Position numbers and translations under genes: made by a program | In this document: piece by piece, positions 1 to 9,210 of the stretch | Layout of the letters: each line of letters starts with the position of its first letter | How positions within the stretch are numbered: the stretch's first letter is position 1 | The notes under the pieces: model-generated | The model's input: only the letters and a program-made list of their open reading frames with translations | Database searches by the model: none | What the model was told of the DNA's origin: nothing | From: Phaeosaccion multiseriatum | Lineage: Eukaryota > Protista > Ochrophyta, other classes | Direction: 5' to 3' | DNA length: 64,000 nucleotides | Assembly: GCA_965112735.1 (NCBI GenBank) | Contig: OZ218953.1 | Location: 186,001-250,000, forward strand

Positions 1-76
1 CTCCCATGTCTCCCACCTCTTCCTCGTCTCTGTTCCGCGAGAAACAAAGTTCCGTTGCTGCGCTGCTGAACAGGCT
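1..76 (-). mobile_element. Left (A) end of split-direct-repeat element, inverted, running off the window edge
   Basis: Exact reverse complement of 3661-3736 / 5031-5106 (AGCCTGTTCAGCAGCG...). It joins the satellite at the element's terminal base. Confidence 0.8.
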
Positions 77-2360
77 GTGTTGGGTCGAGCGAAGGGCGAG
101 ATTGGGCCTTTCGAGCCCAACCCATGCCCTGTTTGGCGCCATTCCAGCTAGCAAGTGTCTGGCTCGGGCGATTCGTGCTCGACCCATGCCCGATGTAGGC
201 ACTTCGTGGCCAGCAAATGCCTCGTTTCGGATGCTTGTGCCCTTCAAAGGCCCGCTTGGGGCGTGTTGGGTCGAGCGAAGAGCAAGATTGGGCCTATGTC
301 CTGTTTGGCGTCATTCCAGCTAGCAAGTGTCTGGCTCGGGCGATTCGTGCTCGACCCATGCCCGACGTAGGCACTTCGTGGCCAGCAAATGCCTCGTTTC
401 GGATGCTTGTGCCCTTCAAAGGCCCGCTTGGGGCGTGTTGGGTCGAGCGAAGGGCAAGATTGGGCCTTTCGAGCCCAGCCCATGCCCTGTTTGGCGTCAT
501 TCCAGCTAGCAAGTGTCTGGCTCGGGCGATTCGTGCTCGACCCATGCCCGATGTGGGCACTTCGTGGCCAGCAAATGCCTCGTTTCGGCTGCTTGTGCCC
601 TTCAAAGGCCCGCTTGGGGCGTGTTGGGTCGAGCGAAGGGCGAGATTGGGCCTTTCGAGCCCAGTCCATGCCCTGTTTGTCGCCATTCCATCTAGCAAGT
701 GTCTGGCTCGGGCGATTCGTGCTCGACCCATGCCCGACGTAGGCACTTCGTGGCCAGCAAATGCCTCGTTTCGGATGCTTGTGCCCTTCAAAGGCCCGCT
801 TGGCTGCGTGTTGGGTCGAGCGAAGGGCAAGATTGGGCCTTTCGAGCCCAGCCCATGCCCTGTTTGGCGTCATTCCAGCTAGCAAGTGTCTGGCTCGGGC
901 GATTCGTGCTCGACCCATGCCCGATGTGGGCACTTCGTGGCCAGCAAATGCCTCGTTTCGGCTGCTTGTGCCCTTCAAAGGCCCGCTTGGGGCGTGTTGG
1001 GTCGAGCGAAGGGCGAGATTGGGCCTTTCGAGCCCAACCCATGCCCTGTTTGGCGCCATTCCAGCTAGCAAGTGTCTGGCTCGGGCGATTCGTGCTCGAC
1101 CCATGCCCGATGTAGGCACTTCGTGGCCAGCAAATGCCTCGTTTCGGATGCTTGTGCCCTTCCAAGGCCCGCTTGGGGCGTGTTGGGTCGAGCGAAGAGC
1201 AAGATTGGGCCTATGTCCTGTTTGGCGTCATTCCAGCTAGCAAGTGTCTGAGTTGGGCCTTTCGTGCTCGACCCATGCCCGATGTAGGCACTTCGTGGCC
1301 AGCAAATGCCTCGTTTCGGATGCTTGTGCCCTTCCAAGGCCCGCTTGGGGGGCGTGTTGGCTGGGTCGAGCGAAGGGCGAGATTGGGCCTTTCGAGCCCA
1401 GTCCATGCCCTGTTTGGCGCCATTCCAGCTAGCAAGTGTCTGGCTCGGGCGATTCGTGCTCGACCCATGCCTGATGTGGGCACTTCGTGGCCAGCAAATG
1501 CCTCGTTTCGGATGCTTGTGCCCTTCCAAGGCCCGCTTGGGGCGTGTTGGGTCGAGCGAAGAGCAAGATTGGGCCTTTTGAGCCCAGTCCATGCCCTGTT
1601 TGGCGCCATTCCAGCTAGCAAGTGTCTGGCTCGGGCGATTCGTGCTCGACCCATGCCCGATGTGGGCACTTCGTGGCCAGCAAATGCCTCGTTTCGGATG
1701 CTTGTGCCCTTCCAAGGCCCGCTTGGGGCGTGTTGGGTCGAGCGAAGAGCAAGATTGGGCCTTTTGAGCCCAGTCCATGCCCTGTTTGGCGTCATTCCAG
1801 CTAGCAAGTGTCTGAGTTGGGCCTTTCGTGCTCGACCCATGCCCGATGTAGGCACTTCGTGGCCAGCAAATGCCTCGTTTCGGATGCTTGTGCCCTTCAA
1901 ATGCCCGTTTGGGGGGCGTGTTGGCTGGGTCGAGCGAAGGGCGAGATTGGGCCTTTCGAGCCCAGTCCATGCCGTGTTTGGCGCCATTCCAGCTAGCAAG
2001 TGTCTGGCTCGGGCGATTCGTGCTCGACCCATGCCCGACGTAGGCACTTCGTGGCCAGCAAATGCCTCGTTTCGGATGCTTGTGCCCTTCCAAGGCCCGC
2101 TTGGGGCGTTTTGGGTCGAGCGAAGAGCAAGATTGGGCCTTTTGAGCCCAGTCCATGCCCTGTTTGGCGCCATTCCAGCTAGCAAGTGTCTGAGTTGGGC
2201 CTTTCGTGCTCGACCCATGCCCCACGTAGGCACTTCGTGGCCAGCAAATGCCTCGTTTCGGCTGCTTGTGCCCTCCAAAGGCCCGCTTGGGGCGTGTTGG
2301 GTCGAGCGAAGAGCAAGATTGGGCCTTTTGAGCCCAGTCCATGCCCTGTTTGGCGCCATT
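77..2360 (+). repeat. 186-bp tandem satellite array (~12 units, with 172- and 192-bp variants)
   Basis: Unit ...TTGGGTCGAGCGAAGGGCRAGATTGGGCCTTTCGAGCCCAG...CCAGCTAGCAAGTGTCT...GCTCGACCCATGCCCG...GGCCAGCAAATGCCTCGTTTCGG... recurs every 186 bp. Confidence 0.97.
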
Positions 2361-4596
2361 GGAGGATGGGAGAGAACAGGGCTTGTGGCTCGCTCTGCTT
2401 GCACGACTTACTTCCGGTAGTATGGATGGACTACCCTCTTGCTATCGTGCTCGGTGGTCGAGGGATTGGTGCCGCCGCGCTTGAGATATCGGACTTGTTC
2501 ATTTTTCGGGCCCGCAGCACCGAGGTGTTTGGCATTCGCTGTATTGCTCAGCTGGTACAGCGGAAGTCCACGGCGGACGGTTGGAATCGCCGCAGAGTGG
2601 TCTTGGTACGGCGTGTGCAGAAGGGTAACTTCTACGAGTTGATGTTCGAAGAGCTTGGAGCGGAAAACATGAGCGCTTCTGTGAGGGCATTTTCGGCTTT
2701 TCTACAGGGGTTGGATATATGGACACTTTTGGATCTGTGATTCCGAAAAGAATCCGAATTTGCTGGTTTGGGCGCGCTTTGCTGCTTCCACCCGCCGTGC
2801 CAGAGGACTGCGCAGTGTATTTCGCTCAGTGGCTCGCCCCCCCCCCAGCACACCATCCCAAGCGAGTGGGGGGTGTGTGATGGTCAGCAGGGGGCGTGCG
2901 AAGGGACCTCTTCAAAGGACACTGAATCTGCCCGTGGCGACACCAGCGGCTCCTCCCTCGCCATCATTCCTCCCCCAGCAGCGGGGAGCGCAGCCCTTGG
3001 CAACAGCACCAGCAGCCCTACACCGGTACACGCGGCGGGTGTTTGTATGTGTGTGTGTACTGGTGTGCGTCTGTGTCTACTGTTGCCCCTGTATGTGTAT
3101 TATTTTGTCTGTGTGCGTATGAATGTTTGTGTATCTTTGTGTTTTGTGTACCGGCCGACTACGATCGGGAGAGTGGGCTCCCGACTAGGCTGGGGCAGGT
3201 GCTGCTGCACCCTCGCAGCGCACCGGTGGGTACTCGGATGGGTGGGGGTGAAGCGGGACTTGGGGTGCTCACTGCGGTGGCACCCCAAGCTCCACTACAT
3301 CCGAAACCCGGTGCCCGCCTCCCTCCATGGAGGCGGCCCCCTTGGAGGCGCTCTGCGCTCCCAAGGTGGGAGTCCCTCACGGGACTGCCCCCCCCTACTA
3401 ATGATGAGTCCTTCCCCCAACGTTAGCTACCCCTGGTCCACGACCTCTCCACCTGCGGAGCAGGTGGCCACTTGGGAGTCCAGCCCTATTCCTCTTGGCC
3501 TCGAACAGCCGGCTACGGCGTGGATGTGGATAGTCCTCAGCTTGCATACTGCGACGCCTTGGAGCGGGAGTCGGACATCTCCCGGGCCCTCGCCTACGAC
3601 TGAAGGGAGGAGGCCTCTCACTGGCTTCCCACCTTCGCCCGAGCGCCGCGACGGCGCGAAAGCCTGTTCAGCAGCGCAGCAACGGAACTTTGTTTCTCGC
3701 GGAACAGAGACGAGGAAGAGGTGGGAGACATGGGAGCCAGCAGGGCGAAGCGTCAGCGTAGGTGCTTGGTACCGCCCCAAGGGGGGGGGTCCCCTCTGGG
3801 GAGATGTACAGTATGTCAGTGAAGCAGGGAATTTAGATTTTTCAGAAGAGGAGAGACCTTGGCGTGTGCTGTCACTTACTGAGGCGCCGGAGACAGAGCC
3901 CAGGAAGAGTGGAGCACACTGTCAAGGAGGAGAGTAGATACTGGTGTGGTGGAAAGCGAGCCTCTTGTCCTGGGCCCGGACAGAGCGCTTGTGTCGGCCA
4001 AGGGGACCCGCCTGGTGTTGAGTACCGGGGTCCTCGTGGGCGAGGGAAGGAGAGATAGGGAGACTGTGTCTGGTGTTGAGTGCCGACAGTGTCCACGGTG
4101 TTGAGTGCCGGAACTCTTCTTTTCTTTCCCACCCACCCACCCTCAGTCTTAGTTTTAGTTTTAGATACTCATACATTATGGGGGTGAAGCGGGACTTGGG
4201 GTGCTCACTGCGGTGGCACCCCAAGCTCCACTACATCCGAAACCCGGTGCCCGCCTCCCTCCATGGAGGCGGCCCCCTTGGAGGCGCTCTGCGCTCCCAA
4301 GGTGGGAGTCCCTCACGGGACTGCCCCCCCCTACTAATGATGAGTCCTTCCCCCAACGTTAGCTACCCCTGGTCCACGACCTCTCCACCTGCGGAGCAGG
4401 TGGCCACTTGGGAGTCCAGCCCTATTCCTCTTGGCCTCGAACAGCCGGCTACGGCGTGGATGTGGATAGTCCTCAGCTTGCATACTGCGACGCCTTGGAG
4501 CGGGAGTCGGACATCTCCCGGGCCCTCGCCTACGACTGAAGGGAGGAGGCCTCTCACTGGCTTCCCACCTTCGCCCGAGCGCCGCGACGGCGCGAA
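2361..4596 (+). mobile_element. 5'-truncated split-direct-repeat element: internal-B1(3243-3660)-A2(3661-4130)-48-bp spacer-B2(4179-4596)
   Basis: 2361-3660 matches ~6912-8211; 3661-4130 matches 5031-5500; 4179-4596 duplicates 3243-3660. The B1-A2-B2 order is the established 3' end of Ngaro/PAT-type elements. Confidence 0.75.
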
Positions 4597-5030
4597 ATGC
4601 CTCGTTTCGGATGCTTGTGCCCTTCCAAGGCCCGCTTGGGGCGTGTAGGGTCGAGCGAAGGGCAAGATTGGGCCTTTCGAGCCCAGTCCATGCCCTGTTT
4701 GGCGCCATTCCAGCTAGCAAGTGTCTGGCTCGGGCGATTCGTGCTCGACCCATGCCCGATGTAGGCACTTCGTGGCCAGCAAATGCCTCGTTTCGGATGC
4801 TTGTGCCCTTCAAATGCCCGCTTGCGTGTTGGGTCGAGCGAAGGGCAAGATTGGGCCTTTTGAGCCCAGTCCATGCCCTGTTTGGCGCCATTCCAGCTAG
4901 CAAGTGTCTGGCTCGGGCGATTCGTGCTCGACCCATGCCTGATGTGGGCACTTCGTGGCCAGCAAATGCCTCGTTTCGGATGCTTGTGCCCTTCCAAGGC
5001 CCGCTTGGGGCGTGTTGGGTCGAGCGAAGG
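4597..5030 (+). repeat. 186-bp satellite (2 1/3 units)
   Basis: Same unit as 77-2360. Confidence 0.96.
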
Positions 5031-8000
5031 AGCCTGTTCAGCAGCGCAGCAACGGAACTTTGTTTCTCGCGGAACAGAGACGAGGAAGAGGTGGGAGACA
5101 TGGGAGCCAGCAGGGCGAAGCGTCAGCGTAGGTGCTTGGTACCGCCCCAAGGGGGGGGGTCCCCTCTGGGGAGATGTACAGTATGTCAGTGAAGCAGGGA
5201 ATTTAGATTTTTCAGAAGAGGAGAGACCTTGGCGTGCGCTGTCACTTACTGAGGCGGCGGAGACAGAGCCCAGGAAGAGTGGAGCACACTGTCAAGGAGG
5301 AGAGTAGATACTGGTGTGGTGGAAAGCGAGCCTCTTGTCCTGGGCCCGGACAGAGCGCTTGTGTCGGCCAAGGGGACCCGCCTGGTGTTGAGTGCCGGGG
5401 TCCTCGTGGGCGAGGGAAGGAGAGATAGGGAGACTGTGTCTGGTGTTGAGTGCCGACAGTGTCCACGGTGTTGAGTGCCGGAACTCTTCTTTTCTTTCCC
5501 TTTGCCGGTGTTGTGGGGCTCTACGGCTTAGGAGCGGTGTCTGGTGTTGAGTGCCGACCGCCTCCCCGGTGTTGAGTGCCGGCGCCTTTTGCCCTCTTCG
5601 CCCTTTCTTCCTTGCTGGTATCGCCGTAGGATCCGCGTCCGGTGTTGAGGCCGACGCCCTACTCATCTCTCCGCCCTCTCCTCTCTCCCGTGGCCCAAGG
5701 TTTGGGGGGTGTGGTCCACGGCATTTTTTGTCTTTTTACGAGACGAAAGGGGCTCCCGGGTGACGGCAGGCCCCTTAGCTCTTCCAGGTGTTTGTCTGTA
5801 TGTTTGTGTGTGTATGTCCAGACGGTGTTTCTGTGTGTAGGGTGCGTATTTCCTGTGTTTGGCGTGCGAATATGGGCCTCCTCCGCAAAGGAGGCTGGCT
5901 CTGCGCGCGGTGACAACAGCGGCTCATCCCTCGCCATTCCGGCCCTCAACGGCGGGCGGGGCAGTCCTAGGCAACAGCAGCCGTGGTCACTGCCCCTACA
6001 CACGATGTGTGTTTGTATCTGTGTGTGCTGGTCTGCGTCTGTGTGTGCTAGTGTGCGTTTGTGGGTGCTGGTGTCCCTGTATTGTGCCTTTGTCTATATC
6101 TGTGTGCCTGTGAATGTTTGTGTACGTCTGCGTCTTTAAGTGTACCTCCCTTGTTGTTGGAGTGTCTCCCACCTACAACAGCAGTATGGCCAGAAGGAGG
6201 CGTACGTGGTCGCCACTGGGCTTGCCTGCAGTCTCTCTGGATGGGTGGGGGCGTAGCTGACCTTCGATACGGGAGCTCGCACGGCTCACCTCCGGCGGCT
6301 ACATCCGAGAGACATATCGGGCCGAGGAGCGGCGAAGGGAAGGAGACGGACTACAGCTGTACCTCCCTCACCATCTCGAACGCATGGGAGGGGGAGGGGG
6401 GGGGTCCGATGGAGGCTCAGCTCTCAGGACAAACAGCAACCGCAAGGCAGTTAGTACGAGCGTCAAAGGTGGCAGCATGGATGCGAAGGCAGCTATTCGG
6501 GCTGTTGGAAGGAACCGGAGAGCCCTTTGATCGTGGTTGGCGCCTCGAGTTTCCGTGTGGAGCGGATATGGGACCTGTGGCCATAACAGCGAACCGATGG
6601 GCGACAAGAGAGGCACAGCATACGAGGGAGAATTGGGAATTGGAAGGCGGCATTGGGAGTGTACGGTACTCGCATTTCGGGAGGTACGGCAGCGTTTGGT
6701 GACCGTCTACGGAGTGTACGGCGATGTACGTCGTCCGGTGCTGAAGGAAATTGGGGCATTGAGCAATCTGGCTACTTATCTGTAACGGACGGCGGAAGCA
6801 TGATGTTTGGTCGTTCACAACAGCTATGGAGTGGAAGTCGGGGCCTGCCTGTGATGCAGAAGAGAAGGTGATGGTTTTTTCGGCGTTGGGGCTCGTGAGC
6901 GGTGTGAACATGGAGGATGGGAGAGAACAGGGCTTGTGGCTCGCTCTGCTTGCACGACTTACTTCCGGTAGTATGGATGGACTACCCTCTTGCTATCGTG
7001 CTCGGTGGTCGAGGGATTGGTGCCGCCGCGCTTGAGATATTGGACTTGTTCATTTTTCGGGCCCGCAGCACCGAGGTGTTTGGCATTCGTTGTATTGCTC
7101 AGCTGGTACAGCGGAAGTCCGCGGCGGACGGTTGGAATCGCAGCGGAGTGGTCTTGGTACGGCGTGTGCAGAAGGGTAACTTCTACGAGTTGATGTTCGA
7201 AGAGCTTGGAGCGGAAAACATGAGCGCTTCGGTGAGGGCATTTTCGGCTTTTCTACAGGGGTTGGATATATGGACACTTTTGGATCTGTGATTCCGAAAA
7301 GAATCCGAATTTGCCGGTTTGGGCGCGCTTTGCTGCTTCCACCAGCCGTGCCAGAGGACTGCGCAGTGTATTTCGCTCAGTGGCTCGCCCCCCCCCCCGC
7401 ACACCATCCCAAGCGAGTGGGGGGTGTGTGATGGTCAGCAGGGGGCGTGCGAAGGGACCTCTTCAAAGGACACTGACTCTGCCCGTGGCGACACCAGCGG
7501 CTCCTCCCTCGCCATCATTCCTCCCCCAGCAGCGGGGAGCGCAGCCCTTGGCAACAACACCAGCAGCCCTACACCGGTACACGCGGCGGGTGTTTATATG
7601 TGTGTGTGTACTGGTGTGCGTCTGCGTCTACTGTTGCCCCTGTATGTGTATTATTATGTCTGTGTGCGTATGAATGTTTGTGTATCTTTGTGTTTTGTGT
7701 ACCGGCCGACTACGATCGGGAGAGTGGGCTCTCGACTAGGCTGGGGCAGGTGCTGCTGCACCCTCGCAGCGCACCGGTGGGTACTCGGATGGGTGGGGGT
7801 GAAGCGGGACTTGGGGTGCTCACTGCGGTGGCACCCCAAGCTCCACTACATCCGAAACCCGGTGCCCGCCTCCCTCCATGGAGGCGGCCCCCTTGGAGGC
7901 GCTCTGCGCTCCCAAGGTGGGAGTCCCTCACGGGACTGCCCCCCCCTACTAATGATGAGTCCTTCCCCCAACGTTAGCTACCCCTGGTCCACGACCTCTC

Positions 8001-8211
8001 CACCTGCGGAGCAGGTGGCCACCTGGGAGTCCAGCCCTATTCCTCTTGGCCTCGAACAGCCGGCTACGGCGTGGATGTGGATAGCCCTCAGCCTGCATAC
8101 TGCGACGCCTTGGAGCGGGAGTCGGACATCTCCCGGGCCCTCGCCTACGACTGAAGGGAGGAGGCCTCTCACTGGCTCCCCACCTTCGCCCGAGCGCCGT
8201 GACGGCGCGAA
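5031..8211 (+). mobile_element. Split-direct-repeat element copy A1(5031-5500)-internal(5501-7793)-B(7794-8211), inserted without TSD
   Basis: The flanks GAGCGAAGG (to 5030) and GCGAGATTGGG (from 8212) rejoin into an uninterrupted satellite unit. The A and B blocks match those of the first copy. Confidence 0.8.
6400..7291 (+). pseudogene. Possible decayed DIRS-type RT C-terminus/RNase H remnant
   Basis: Frameshifted fragments TARQLV..WMRRQLFGLL, VTDGGSMMFG, VWMDYPLAIVLGGRG and FGIRCIAQLVQRKSAADGWNR occur in the order of DIRS RNase H motifs (TDAS, TDN..A, HIPG..N.ADALSR). Judged by eye only. Confidence 0.4.
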
Positions 8212-8987
8212 GCGAGATTGGGCCTTTCGAGCCCAGTCCATGCCCTGTTTGTCGCCATTCCATCTAGCAAGTGTCTGGCTCGGGCGATTCGTGCTCGACC
8301 CATGCCCGATGTAGGCACTTCGTGGCCAGCAAATGCCTCGTTTCGGATGCTTGTGCCCTTCCAAGGCCCGTTTGGGGCGTGTTGGGTCGAGCGAAGGGCA
8401 AGATTGGGCCTTTTGAGCCCAGTCCATGCCCTGTTTGGCGCCATTCCAGCTAGCAAGTGTCTGGCTCGGGCGATTCGTGCTCGACCTATGCCCGATGTAG
8501 GCACTTCGTGGCCAGCAAATGCCTCGTTTCGGCTGCTTGTGCCCTTCAAATGCCCGCTTGGGGCGTTTTGGGTCGAGCGAAGAGCAAGATTGGGCCTTTT
8601 GAGCCCAGTCCATGCCCTGTTTGGCGCCATTCCAGCTAGCAAGTGTCTGAGTTGGGCCTTTCGTGCTCGACCCATGCCCGACGTGGGCACTTCGTGGCCA
8701 GCAAATGCCTCGTTTCGGATGCTTGTGCCCTTCCAAGGCCCGCTTGGGGCGTGTTGGGTCGAGCGAAGAGCAAGATTGGGCCTTTTGAGCCCAGTCCATG
8801 CCCTGTTTGGCGCCATTCCAGCTAGCAAGTGTCTGAGTTGGGCCTTTCGTGCTCGACCCATGCCCCACGTAGGCACTTCGTGGCCAGCAAATGCCTCGTT
8901 TCGGCTGCTTGTGCCCTCCAAAGGCCCGCTTGGGGCGTGTTGGGTCGAGCGAAGGGCAAGATTGGGCCTTTCGAGCCCAGCCCATGC
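8212..8987 (+). repeat. 186-bp satellite (~4 units)
   Basis: Same unit. Confidence 0.96.
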
Positions 8988-9210
8988 CTCAGTAAGTGAC
9001 AGCGCACGCCAAGGTCTCTCCTCTTCTGAAAAATCTAAATACCCTGCTTCACTGACATACTGTACATCTCCCCAGAGGGGACTTTCCCCCTTGGGGCGGT
9101 ACCAAGCACCTACGCTGACGCTTCGCCCTGCTGGCTCCCATGTCTCCCACCTCTTCCTCGTCTCTGTTCCGCGAGAAACAAAGTTCCGTTGCTGCGCTGC
9201 TGAACAGGCT
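8988..9210 (-). mobile_element. Inverted truncated A end of the element
   Basis: Reverse complement of ~5031-5253 with a few substitutions. Confidence 0.85.

Noticed and set aside
3396-3425. Hammerhead ribozyme (TGATGAGTCC)
   Set aside because: The core C of CUGAUGA is absent and there is no downstream stem II/GAAA.
3650-3670. Nuclease cut site repeatedly healed with satellite DNA
   Set aside because: The satellite rejoins perfectly around 5031-8211, so it is simpler to read this site as the element's own end-to-end junction. There is also no NGG PAM at the appropriate distance.
5031-8211. Helitron or TIR transposon
   Set aside because: No 5'-TC/CTRR-3' ends, no A^T target, no terminal inverted repeats and no TSD.
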